From a virus (taxonomy: Duplodnaviria > Caudoviricetes): a stretch of 64,000 nt of DNA. Positions 48,312-60,536 of this stretch are shown piece by piece. Location of the stretch: positions 1 through 64,000 of the IMG/VR virus record IMGVR_UViG_3300028048_000056; one strand, written 5' to 3'. Position 1 is the stretch's first letter. Each line of letters begins with the position of its first letter. The position numbers and the translations under genes are program-made. The notes beneath the pieces are model-generated. The model did not search any database. It saw only the letters and a program-made list of their open reading frames with translations, and had not been told where the DNA came from.

Positions 48312-48533
48312 ATGACCATGCTTGAACTTCAACGAGTACTCGGTACCGAGCTTGATAAACTCATTGCTGGTACAACCCAGCCTGAAGATGCGAAAGCAGT
48401 TGCACTAATCGCCAAGCAGATGATAAACAATGCGGATATCATCCTGCGTGCAGACAAGTTCACGAACCAGGACGGAAGCCGCATAAATCAGATAGTAGGT
48501 GATGTAAATGCCAAAGCGACATCAATGGACTGA
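48312..48533 (+). CDS. Hypothetical protein preceding HNH gene
   Basis: RBS; AKAVALIAKQMINNA helix. Confidence 0.65.
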   Translation: MTMLELQRVLGTELDKLIAGTTQPEDAKAVALIAKQMINNADIILRADKFTNQDGSRINQIVGDVNAKATSMD

Positions 48534-49044
48534 AGCTGAATTAATCTGGCTTAGAGACCACGTTCAAGAATATAGCTGGAAAACGCTCTACATACCGTTC
48601 AATCAGCATTTCGGGTTAAATCTATCCCAATCCAGCATCGAACACGCATGTCTACGACGTGGCATCACTCATGAGCGGAAGGGTGAGCGCGGTTTTATAG
48701 CCGGTGAGAACAATTCCTACTCGGTCACATTACCGCTTGGTTCCGAGCGTCAGGACGCTAGAGGTCGTGTCTTTATCAAAATATCAAATGACCCTAAGAA
48801 AGTAAAGTGGGGTAACTGGGTTCAGAAAGATAGGTATCTATGGGAACAGGCACACGGTAAGCTCGGTACCAACCAACTGCTAATCCATCTTGATAATGAT
48901 AAGCAGAACTGCGAACTGCCTAACCTCTACGTCGTTTCACGAGCTACCAATCGTAGGATGGCAGCTTGGGGTTGGTTTTTCACCAACCCAGCGTTAACCC
49001 TTACTGCCATCAAGTGCTGCGAGTTGCTAGAAGCAGCCGATTAA
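48508..49044 (+). CDS. HNH endonuclease-like protein
   Basis: LWEQAHGK..LIHLDNDKQNC..NLYVVSR HNH_3-type pattern. Confidence 0.75.
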   Translation: MPKRHQWTEAELIWLRDHVQEYSWKTLYIPFNQHFGLNLSQSSIEHACLRRGITHERKGERGFIAGENNSYSVTLPLGSERQDARGRVFIKISNDPKKVKWGNWVQKDRYLWEQAHGKLGTNQLLIHLDNDKQNCELPNLYVVSRATNRRMAAWGWFFTNPALTLTAIKCCELLEAAD

Positions 49045-49060
49045 GAAAGGAGTGGTCTAG

Positions 49061-49300
49061 GTGAGAATAAAAGATAAAGGTCTTTTCGTGATAGGTGTTA
49101 TCAATATTCTGCTTGCTGCTATCGGTACTGTAATTCTTATAGTTCAGCATCGGTTTGGGAGACTACCTCTGCTTGGACTATGTCTTGCTACCGGGACTAC
49201 AAGCATTCTGTGTAGTATCGAGACAAAGAAGCAGAGACAGAAGCGAAAAGAAGAGTTGCTAGAAAAAGCCAAATTATACGGTTGGTACAAGGAGGAATAA
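49061..49300 (+). CDS. Small membrane protein
   Basis: Two hydrophobic segments, basic tail. Confidence 0.7.
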   Translation: MRIKDKGLFVIGVINILLAAIGTVILIVQHRFGRLPLLGLCLATGTTSILCSIETKKQRQKRKEELLEKAKLYGWYKEE

Positions 49301-49303
49301 TTT

Positions 49304-52300
49304 ATGGGTTTATGTTTATACGTTAGCACATCAGAAGAAGAAAAAGATAGGTGCTTCGGAAAACTCTTTGGCTATGCTGATGAAGATGAGCATCTATATT
49401 CGTTGGACTATCTCATAGAGATAGACGCATTTAAGGACTGGCAGAAAAACCTGACCGCGTGGGAAACCACTTCATATGAAGATATGACGAATTTATTCGG
49501 TTATTCTCAGTCAACCGACGAAATCTACCTTACTCCTAGACAATATAACCGATTTATAGTGCTGTATCACTCAGACCGGTTAAATTCAGGGAGGATAGAA
49601 CCTGAAGATATACCTGACCTTATCAATAAAGCTATTTACAAAGGCAAAGCTGAGAAAATCAAACTCAAATGGGGTTAATTGAATTTTCTACATTAAAGCA
49701 AACGGTATGGAACTTCGTGTTTCGTACCGTTTTATGTTATAATATAGGTACAGTAATAACATAAGGAGATGATTAGATGACCGATGTGGTTGCAACATTC
49801 GATGCGTATTCTAAGCTGAATTGCTTAGATTTACTCACCGAGATTCCTACCTGTGGGTACGAAGGCAATATCGATGGCATTCATGTATTCTCTATAGAAG
49901 ACCATGACGCTCTGGTTACACTGCTATGCGATGTACTCGGTGACGTTAGGATGGATAGCAAAGGCTATTATCACTATTCTGACGGAACTGTCGCAAAGTT
50001 CGTCAAGAAACGTAAAGCCTACGAATTCAAGAAGTTCAAGACCGTGTTCGCTCGGATAAAGCTCAGATGAGGAGGTAGAGTATGGCAGAGACAATCAGAA
50101 CAGTCATGACTAAGCGAGAATGTAGCGACGGTGACTGGAAAACTCAGCTTGCTCGTGGTTATAGAAATATCCCAGAGGGAAGCCACGTTCTTTTCGAAAA
50201 GCTTTGGATGAATATGGACGGTGTCTGGGCTCGTGTATCCTGGCAAGGACGTATCTATGACGTTCGTCCTGAAGCCCTTATCATCAAGAACAGAGAAGTG
50301 ATTAAACAGGACACTCCTAAACCAGGGATGATGGCGTGTCGTCGGGAAGAAGACGTACGGCTGGTAGGTCAGATACCACTCTGGGACGAAAACCTGCAGC
50401 CTGTTGCGTCGCACTGCTGGTTGGCTATCAACTCGGGTAATGACCTAATCCAGATTCAGGAATCTGAGTGCGAATACTTCTATGAGATTAGCGATGAGTT
50501 CGAAGAGAGAATAGCATATCCTTTTATGGACCCAGAGCATTACTATTTCGTACGAGTAAAGGAGTGATAAATGATGATAAGTGCGAAAGCTGCAATCAAG
50601 AAGAACGAAAAGTTGCACAAGAGACGAGTTAGGCGCATTTACAAATCGAATAAGAGAGAAATACTCAAGCAAATGCGTCGAATTGCTAAATCGGATACCG
50701 TTCTAATTCTCAATAGCGAAATCTACCCAGGAATTGAAAAATTCCTCCAGAAGTGTCAAAAGAAAGGCTATTTCGTCTACGAATCGAAATGCGCAAATAC
50801 ACTAGATTCCACTCGTTATCGTATACAGCTTAAAGATAAGTGCTACTCGGGGTATGGTGAGTATCCGTTATCTGAAACCAAAAAATAAGGAGGTTTATTA
50901 TGCCTGATGTATTTTGCAAAGCAATAGGTCACTGTGAGAACGGTGGTACGAGTGGGTGCACTTTGAAAAATATCACACTGAGTTTGAATGGCAGTTGTGA
51001 ACAGTATCAAGAGAAAGAGTTCATCTACTTTAAAGAATGCCCGAGTTTTTCAACCATACACCCTGATACCTACTATGTACATTTTGGCATTCTTCTGTTC
51101 TTTCAGGATAAGATTGACCATAACCATGTCTTCAATATCCTGCAAAAGTGGCACGGGTTTAATATTGCTGCTGACTTCGTCGACATAAATCTTATGCTGG
51201 GACCTACAGCTGACTCGGATATCATCGACAAGGTTGCACAGATGATTGTGCATTGTCAGTACCAAGAGCTCTATATTATACCAGAACAGCGTGAGCTCAG
51301 GCGAGCACTAAAGAAACTGCTTGAAGAGAAGACCGGTCAAGAACTGGAGCACTTCAAGCTCTACAAGAAGGTCGTTGAAGCGGTGAACAAGCGTTCTATG
51401 TGGAAATAACTTCGTGCTTTGTACCGCTTTATGTTATAATATAGGTACAGTAAAACGATATAAGGAGGGCTTATGGTTAAGCATTTATTCAAGGTCTCGG
51501 GTTTAGATGCCCAGGGTAAACCTTTTACAGGTAGTTGCGTAGCGTTCGATATCATCGATGCTATCAATATGTTCAGAGAAAACCACTACTCACCTCATGA
51601 AATCAAGCAAGGCGTTCAGATGCCTGCAGAGCATCCTTGCTGCATCGTGTGCTTGCGAGGAGCAGAAGAGTCATTCGTCATCGCACAGAGCGGCGTAGAT
51701 AAAAATCTGCGTGATATGCAGCTGTTCGCATATCTCAAATCGAAGGAGGACTAATCATGGACAATCATTGCATAACCTGTAAATTCTGTGACCATTCTGA
51801 AGGTCACGTCTGTACGCTCGGAAGACTTCCGATTGACGACCCATATTCAGACAGCTGTGCGTCTTATGAAGCTCAGCAGCCTTACACTATCGGAGTCGAT
51901 TTAGCATCGGAACCTAACGAAGACTATCGTCTCTGTCCAGACTGCCAGCAGTCTGTTAGCTACGACGAAATGGTTTGGCTAAACGGCAAATGCACTTGTC
52001 CGAGCTGCTACATCAAGAGAAGAGCTCAGCTGGATGCTCAGGAACGGGGTGACGTCTGATGACCGACGCGAAACGGCACAAGAACGATTCTGCTGACGCC
52101 TGTTACTTCTGTCTGAACTTTAGATTAGTTCCTGTAGAAGGTGCTGGTAAGTTCAAGTGCGAGAATAAGAACACACCTGATGAGCTAAAGACATGCTTCA
52201 ATTTCGAAGAGAGGGAGCCTCTGAGGTCTCAGTCATTTGAAATCAATCTTCGTAAGCTATAGGAGGGATTGCGTATGAAACAGCCTACTCAGGAAGAAAT

Positions 52301-55300
52301 CAAGGAGGCTATTAAGTCATGCAAGTGGCGCCAGCCATTCAACGGTACCGACATTTGTTCAGGGAACTGCAACATCTGTCTGCGTGAGATTAAGGCAGGA
52401 CGCTGTGACACACTTCAGAGGTTATTCAGTGAAAAAGCTAAGGAGGGTTGAATATGTTTCCGCTTGACCAGATTATGCCGCTTATACCAGAAGGTCACAT
52501 CATAACCATTCTGGACGCGAATGACAATATGCTGATTACCGCAAGCTGCCCTGCAATGATTCCGTTCAAATACCGTGACAAAATGGTTGCGTCGGTAGTT
52601 CAGGGAGTCGATGAGGTAACGATAAAGCTGTATGTGATGGAGGTGTGATGATGCTTAACCAAGTTGTCAGATATGGATACAGAGCGTCAGAAGTATCACC
52701 ATCGAGTAATGGTACCTATGTGGCTTACGATACCAGGGCTCAAGATTGGGTATTGGTGGACTACGAATCCAGCGCTGGTGTTGATGATTTTGATACCACA
52801 GACTGGACTACGCACGCCAACTGTATCCCCTATACCAAAGAAGAGTTGGAGCACCTATATTGGTATCCTACGCCAGATAAGAAGTTTGACCCTGAGTGGG
52901 AAGTAATCAATCATGAAGCAAAGCCCGGTGACGAAGCCTGGTTTGAGAGGATATACCATTGTCCTAGATGTAAGACGATTCTGGGACGAACCTGCCACTC
53001 GCATTACATCTTCGGACATTCGTCTATTCTTCAGAATAACCGTATGCCTAATTTCTGCCCGCATTGTGGGCTGATGATGACCTGGTATGGAACCCGGTTA
53101 CCAGAAACATTTCTTGAGGAGGAGAATTATGGGTGAGAGTAAGATAACCGAGAAGTATTTTGCTAAGGACGTCATCTATGATGAAGCCGGATATCGGAAA
53201 CAGCATATTCCTAAGGGAGCTGAGGTGAAATACCTTGAGGAGTACACCAACTTCTACGGTAGGTATGTTAAGGTCATCTACGGTGAAGGCATCTATTACA
53301 CCAAGCCTGAACATCTGGTGAAGAAGGTAATTCGCAGCACTGCGTTACTCAAAGCAGTTCCCGGTGCGAGTGCTCACCACGCGAGATACGGTGAATTGGT
53401 GATGATGGCTGAACTTGTGGTTAAGCAGGAAGGACTGGAGTTCTGGTGCGCCAAAGACAAGGCAGGTGAGCTTCGTGTAGTCGATATCAAGGATTGTACC
53501 GACATTCGCACTATCGACCATGTCGAGGAAAAGGAGGTAACCTACTGTGGATAAGTCGTTTGAAATTCACGTCGTGAAATCTCGATTCTGCTTGCAGTGC
53601 GGTTACATTCTTACTACACCAGGACTGCTGTGTGAGGAATGTGCAAAGAAAATTCTTCCTGATGTGGACGACCCGGTTGCCAGCCATATCGGTAATTACA
53701 AAGCAGGATGGGTGTATAGCCTGCAGGATTTCGTAGACGCCATCACCGACCCGCTTAACCCGCCACCAGTGTCGGAGTTCTACCTTCAATGCGGTAGGTA
53801 TCGTCTTAACGTATTCCTGAACAGATACAGTGAGCTCCAGATATGGCTGTCGCAGCATTATCCGGAATTTGCGGATGTGATGAAGCGGGTGATGTCTGAG
53901 TACCAGTATCAATGGGCATCTGATGAGATACTCAGAAACATGGGTGCTGAAATTGAAGAACGCGCGAAAGAATATACATGGAGGGACCGATATGGCAAAC
54001 AAGTTGAGAGTCGGCGGGACGACTGTAGAAACGAGAAAATCGTACCCTGGTAATCAGGTTATACATCTGTGCAATACATCGTATGAGAACGGTTTGAGAG
54101 CCGGAAGAATGCGTCAGGATGGCGAGGTTCAAGCGGCAGTAGACGCTGCGTACAAGCAAGGTTATCTTGCAGGGAAGCACGCAGAGCAGGACCGAGCATC
54201 CGCCGTAATGGAGGCTCTTGCAGTTCTGAAAGATTATTTCCAGAACACCGAGGAATAGGTATTTATCAACACCACCAAGGTATATTGTTAAGCGGGTGTG
54301 GGCTTGCGCCCACACCCATGCCTATGATAACACGCAACTTCGTGACTTCGTGTCTCAATGTGTTATAATATAGGTACAGTAAACACAAACAAGGGAACAG
54401 GAGGTGACAACATGACTCCAGAAAGACTTGAGGAGGCTAATAGGCTATCTGATAGAATCAAGATATTAGAAAGAAGGCTAGATGACCTGGCGTATCTTCA
54501 AGAAGCACCAGAATTAAGTATATCTGCCAAAGACGGTCGCAAGACCTACGACGCATATGTAACCGTTCCGGTCGGAAGTGTTCGTAATCTTATTCTTAAT
54601 GAGGTGCGAAATCGCCTTGAGCGGCAGCTGGCTGATGCTGAACAGCAACTTAAAGATTTATAATCGAGGTGGGGTGATATTATGCTTAGCATAGACGAGT
54701 TAGCTGAGTATCTCGAACCTAAAATTTGGAATGCGTGGCCTATGCCTTGGTACGCTACGCTTTACTCGGTAGATGGTCCGATTCATCTAAAATTCAAGCA
54801 AAAGAAATACAACAGAAATTGCTACTCATATCGTCTTTATGATGCTCACGATAACTGCTTGATACGTGGTGTAACTATACACGGATTAGCAGCGTACCTT
54901 TCGCCGTTCGTACTCAGAGCCTTCAAAGAAAAGGAAGAACTCGAGACAATTCTGTTTTATCTTGGACTGAAGCACTGGAGGTCACAGCGAGGATATCTAA
55001 ACTGTGAACTTCGTAATACCGCACCGTAATGTGTTATAATAAGGTATAATAAAACGTGGGTGACCACAAAGGAGGAAATATTCTATGGCAATGGTAAACA
55101 TTAAGGGCATGGACAAAGCGGAGGTACTTCTGGCACTCTGGAAGGCATCACAGATGCAGGGAATGAGCTTTCTGGGATTTCTGGCATCTGGTGAGCTTAC
55201 GCTGTCGCAGGCACGGCAGGAAATCCAGGAGCGGAAGCACGCCAACTTCGACGGCACGGACAGCATCTACTTTGATTACCTGAATGGTAAGGTGATGAAG

Positions 55301-58300
55301 GTAGACCTCGGTCAGGACGAATTTGACCCAAGGCTTTATGACCGTGATAATGGTGACGGAGCTGCACAGCGTGCAATCGACAATCTGAAGATTGCCGTGA
55401 AAGTTAAAAACGGCGAGGTTAGCTATTCTGACATCCCCGCAGAAGCTGCCAAAGCGGATATGACTATCGACAAAGCTGAAATCGAGAAGTTCATAGGCGG
55501 CGACCAGTCGTGAGGATGAAGTTTGACCCGGAGCGTATCAAGAATCTCTGTAAACCCGGTGATTACGGTATCTTCAACCCTCCGATGGATGCTCAGGTAG
55601 CTTTAGATGAGCTGTGCCACTACCTACTCGGTCCTGATTGGTACGACAGCTCTGGGTGTACCAATCAGGAGCAAATCAACACCGAAATCGTGTGTCAGAT
55701 TGAAAAGCAGTACCGCGGTGCTGTAATTCGTGACGAGAACAGATATCAGAGAACTATGGGTAGGTTACAGCTTTGCGAACTTCCTGTAGCAACTGTATTC
55801 AAACTCAGTCCCAACTATTTCAAGAAAATAGCTGACCACGAGGTGTGGGGCAAGATTAGTTTCGCCAAGCCAAACGCAATAAACCTAATCAACGGACATC
55901 GTGTCGTCCTGTTGAGTTCTCTGTGGGTAAATCAGATACCGATTACGTCCATTCCTAAGCTAGGTCCGGAAATTCCTTTTTCTGACCTTAAGGTGGGTGA
56001 CAAATTCCGATGGGACGATGTATGCGGCAAGAAGATTTCTGATGCAGAAGTTCCAGCAGATTGGGTTAAGCATCCCAGAGAAGTTCCTGCTAATTTCATC
56101 GATTTGATTACGGGCAATCAGTGCGTAATGAGCACACATCATATCGTAATTAAGTTAGAGGAGTGATACTATGCAGGACTTACCAATCAAGCGTGACCTC
56201 ACCGAAGCGTATCGTCTTGGAGAAATTCATATTGCCGGTGTGTTCTGTTCGGTCTACCAGACACGAACTGAGGTAATCGTAGCTGACGCCTACGACAGTA
56301 CAAAAATCTATCAGATTACGTCGAGTGAATTTTACCACGCACTCGACGAAAAGGAGGACTAACATGGAGATATCAAGAAAACTCTACAATAGCCTGCAGG
56401 CAGCTGGTTTAAGAGTTACCGACAATTATTCTGGTCGCTTTATGTATGGTAAGATGTGTTTCGGCGTTACTGTTAGTCAGCTGGCAACTGCGCTCTATGA
56501 CGTGACAGAAGCTCTTCGTGAAGTCATTATCGCAACAAGGCGTAGTGACTTGGACCTCGCTAAGGAGGCTGCTGACATGCTGGAAGACGGAAAACTCACC
56601 GAATTCAAAACCGACAATATGGGATTAGATTACATCATCTATTTCCCTCACATCACTGTTGAAAAGGAGAATGAATAATGTCTAATATCTATGACGCTGG
56701 TGATTATGAAATCAGATTACTTCAGGGTGAACTTGCCAAGAACGGCATCTCTCAGGACCAGCTTGACCTGTGCAATTATGCAGGGCTTACATATTGCGAG
56801 TTAAAGGGCATCGTCAACGCAGCGATTGCAAATAAGAAGAAAAGGGAGGCATTAGCTAATGGAAGACAGAACAGTGACACTTCTGAAAGCAGCACGTGAC
56901 CTTCTGATAAAGCAAAAGGAAGCGGGAGTTCTCATGAGCTACCCGCTAACCGTGCATTACGATGATGCCGACTGCGATGGCTACTGCTTAATCGACGACA
57001 TAACTGCTGAAATCGAGGCTCCTGAAGAAAAGCCGCACGGTGTTTCTGTGCAGGAGCACATCGATTTAGAGCATAAGCTCAAAGAAATCAGGAAGAAAGA
57101 GAAACAGCTTTATGATAAGCTGAGAGCTTGTAAAAGCAATCTCGGCAACTTGCAGAATTCTGTTTCGTCTGATAATCCAGGACACTGTCCAAATCCAGCA
57201 GAAGATACGAAAATTATGCACTATACGACAACCGGTGATTACATCTTGACGGGAGTGCTTAGATTATGTGAAGAACTGCTTGAATTAGAAGTCGTACAGC
57301 CTATCAAAGTCAGTGAACCGAAATTCAATGAATTCAGAGAATACTGTCCGATGTGCGGATATTCGCATAGAGTGACTGTAGCAACTCTTTCAAAAGAGTG
57401 TCCGATTTGTCACACTCGACTTCAGGAGGTAGATTTATAATGCCGGTACAGATAATGACACCTCAGGAAATCATTGCGGCTATCCAATCAGGTATGCCGT
57501 TGTATGCACCGAGATGTGGTGGAAAGCGACTTACGCTTAGCATCGTCAACCAGATGGCGCATCTGATAAAGCTGGAAGAGGAGTACAATAAGCTGAAGGG
57601 AGAACGTGCTGATGGACTTACTGAAGATAATATCGATACTGAGGGAGCACAATGACACTGGTAAGCCAGTGCTAAGAATTACCGGAGGCAAATGCCTTGA
57701 GAAGGACCTGCTCAGAGAGCTTCTGGACGGCTGCGAGGAGCTTCTAAACCAGAACGGTGCTATGAAAACCGTGCTAAAGCAAGCAACAGATGATTTCGCA
57801 GTCATCGGTGAAATCAATGCAATGCCTACTCCTATGCTTCATCCGCGATACGGTGAGCAGATAATCGACGTGAAAACAAAACGCTGGCGTTTCAATGACG
57901 CAGCGTTAAAGCTGATAGCAGGTACCGACGATGCTACAGATACTTGAATATATACTCGGAAATTTCTGGCATTTCTTAGGTACTGTTATTTTGATATACA
58001 TCACCGGTGAGGTAATTGCCGACATTATCAAGGCATTTACGCCAGACTACCGACCGACTAACTATATTTGCTATAAATGCAAGGAGGAATCTGATGAGAA
58101 CGAGAACGATGATAAAGAGCATTCTTAACTACCTGTTTCTCAGTGCTACCAGAGGCTCACTCGAATGTGACATGAGATGGTATTATCTGCAACTGGGAAA
58201 GGGAGGTCAAGAGTCTCGAGTCAACCGCGGTACGCTGGAAACTCTGTATTTCTTGCAGTCGGTTCTGGACATTCAGCCTGCAGATATCTACCAGATACTG

Positions 58301-58692
58301 GTTGATGGAGTACCGCAGAAGCACCTGTATTACTCTGCCGCAGAGGCTCTGAAGTTCATCTACACCAACTGTCCCGTACAGGTTTCGGAAGAATTCGATG
58401 ACCTGAAAACTACCAAAGGTGGTAAACCTGTCACGCTGAAATACGTCACTTCTCTGAAACCGTGAGGTGATTGCTTATGTGGCTTGACGGAAAAGAAATA
58501 CCTGATTGGCAGGTTCAGGACTATCTGAATTATCAGCGTCAGCGTAGCCGTGAAGCAGGTGCTTACGAAATGACCAGAGCACTTATTCCTATGCTACACC
58601 AACTAACGGATAGTATCAGTGACCTAAAGAAGGAGCTGTCGATTCAGAAAAGACGTGCTACATTCTACAAGAATAGGAGGAAGCTAAAATGA
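49304..58692 (+). other. Run of small hypothetical CDSs, several Cys-rich or Zn-ribbon
   Basis: ORFs 49304-49678, 49777-50070, 50082-50567, 50571-50888, 50900-51409, 51473-51754, 51757-52059, 52059-52262, 52275-52451, 52448-52648, 52645-53136, 53129-53554, 53547-54053, 53992-54258, 54412-54663, 54682-55029, 55085-55513, 55510-56166, 56171-56362, 56364-56678, 56678-56899, 56859-57440, 57440-57655, 57606-57947, 57931-58128, 58094-58465, 58471-58692, with RBSs and start/stop coupling. Confidence 0.65.
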
Positions 58693-59309
58693 ATACTCAG
58701 ATTGAGCCGTGTCCACATTGCGGTAACAATCAGCTAGAACTTCGTACCTATCCCGGTAAAGACGGATTTCGTGACCGATATGCAGTGCTGTGTTCATACG
58801 ATAAAGGAGGGTGCGGTGCTGAGGGCGGTCACTACCATTCTATACCAGAAGCGATTGCAAGTTGGAATAGAAGAGTGTCTGTGAAGATGCCGACGGATAT
58901 GTCTGGTTACGAATCACCCATCAAACTTACGATTATGCCTCTGGAAACTGAGCTCAAAAAATCTATGGATGAAAATACCGAGAAGTGGATTTTGGAAGCG
59001 TGTCAGCGTGTAGGCGTCGACGTAAACGCCGAGGAGTTGGTAAGAGCAATTCGTGGTGAGCGTGACCAATATGCTAAGGGATACCAGAATGGCTATCTGA
59101 AAGGTCGAGAAGACTGCTGGTTAGATTTCCAGAAAGACAAGCCATGTGACCGACAGCATATTTTCTTATATACCAAATCAGGTGAGTTCGATTGTGGTGT
59201 GTTCGACGCATCGGCGCAGGAAGTAGACTGTGACTATTACCAGATTCCCGTGTCTAAGGTATATCGATGGATGCCCTGCACTTTCCCTAAACCGGATACA
59301 TCAGAGTAA
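58689..59309 (+). CDS. Lar-family (restriction alleviation) Zn-finger domain protein
   Basis: EPCPHCG..V.C....GCGA..EAIASWNRR. Confidence 0.65.
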   Translation: MNTQIEPCPHCGNNQLELRTYPGKDGFRDRYAVLCSYDKGGCGAEGGHYHSIPEAIASWNRRVSVKMPTDMSGYESPIKLTIMPLETELKKSMDENTEKWILEACQRVGVDVNAEELVRAIRGERDQYAKGYQNGYLKGREDCWLDFQKDKPCDRQHIFLYTKSGEFDCGVFDASAQEVDCDYYQIPVSKVYRWMPCTFPKPDTSE

Positions 59310-59387
59310 CGGTACATAACTTCGTTTCAAATACCTCCTATGTGTTATAATATGAGTATAACGATAACACATAGGAGGTGTTTCTGT

Positions 59388-59570
59388 ATGGAACGGATGA
59401 AGATGCGATTGACGGACCCGGAGGTCGCCGCCAACCTACGTGAAAATGCCGAAGCATTGCAGAAGGTCGGCATTGACCCTGATATCTCTACGCTTAGGTA
59501 CATCAAGTTATCTGCGTATGAGGATAACGAACCCAATCAGAAGATTGCATGGAAGGAGGATAAGAATTGA
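59388..59570 (+). CDS. Small hypothetical protein
   Basis: Promoter 59318 plus RBS. Confidence 0.65.
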   Translation: MERMKMRLTDPEVAANLRENAEALQKVGIDPDISTLRYIKLSAYEDNEPNQKIAWKEDKN

Positions 59571-60067
59571 TATACATAGAACAAGGAATTGACCTGTTTT
59601 CGTTATCAGATGACTACATGCTGGCACACTGCGTGTCAGCTGACTATGTCTTAGGTGCTGGTATAGCCAGACAATTTCGTAGACGCTTTGATATGGCACG
59701 AAAGCTAAAGATAACCGGCACCTGTGGTAGCTGGGATGATTCTGGTAGGTGCGTTATAATCAACATGACCAGAGGTGGTGACACGACGACACCGTCTCAG
59801 GGAGTACTGCGAGTTGCTAATCTGGTCACCAAGCGCTACTGCGTTAATAAACCGACGCTCAAGACTATTCGTGATGCGTTGGAGGACTTGCGTGAGCAGC
59901 TACAGACAGACCCAGGCTATAAGCACGTCAAGCGAATTGGCATGCCCAAGATTGCGTGCGGTCTGGATGGTCAAGACTGGGCAGAAGTATCCTCGATTAT
60001 CCAGGACGTATTCAACGACATGGATATCGAGATTCGTGTCTGCACAGGAAAGGCGGTGATTTTCTGA
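59567..60067 (+). CDS. Macrodomain protein (TARG1/Poa1p/DarG-like)
   Basis: DLF..LAHCVSAD..LGAGIARQF..NLVTK..MPKIACGLDGQDW. Confidence 0.88.
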   Translation: MIYIEQGIDLFSLSDDYMLAHCVSADYVLGAGIARQFRRRFDMARKLKITGTCGSWDDSGRCVIINMTRGGDTTTPSQGVLRVANLVTKRYCVNKPTLKTIRDALEDLREQLQTDPGYKHVKRIGMPKIACGLDGQDWAEVSSIIQDVFNDMDIEIRVCTGKAVIF

Positions 60068-60279
60068 TGGAACATCTGTTGTCAAGTTCTGTGCTGAAAC
60101 CGTGTCGACATTGTGGCAGGGAAGTGAAGATACGAGAAGTTATGAACTATTCTGGTGCATACCTCATGTGTCGAATTGGCGAACCTCGGTATGTGATTCG
60201 ATGCAAGTGCGGTATTCAGACTAAGGAATATAAATCTAAATCAGGAGTAATCAAATGCTGGAATAGGGAGGTGACTTAA
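60067..60279 (+). CDS. Small Lar-like Zn-finger protein
   Basis: LKPCRHCG..IRCKCG..IKCWNR. Confidence 0.6.
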   Translation: MEHLLSSSVLKPCRHCGREVKIREVMNYSGAYLMCRIGEPRYVIRCKCGIQTKEYKSKSGVIKCWNREVT

Positions 60280-60443
60280 TGAAATATGTGGTTACTTTTT
60301 ATCAGACAAGCTCCTATGTGGTAGACGCTGAGGATGAAGATACAGCTTTCGAGAAAGCAATACCTATGTTCAATGAGGACATGAGACGCCCCGTAGCACG
60401 AACTGATTACGATGATGTCGAAATCGAGCCTGAGGAAGAATAA
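60279..60443 (+). CDS. Small acidic protein (54 aa, absent from ORF track)
   Basis: GGAGGTGA RBS; MKYVVTFYQTSSYVVDAEDEDTAF... Confidence 0.65.
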   Translation: MKYVVTFYQTSSYVVDAEDEDTAFEKAIPMFNEDMRRPVARTDYDDVEIEPEEE

Positions 60444-60536
60444 TCATAGCACTAAAGACGGTGTGGGTTACTTCGATGCACACCGTCTTTTGTGTTATAA
60501 TATAGATACAATAATTTACACAAGGAGGTCACACAT

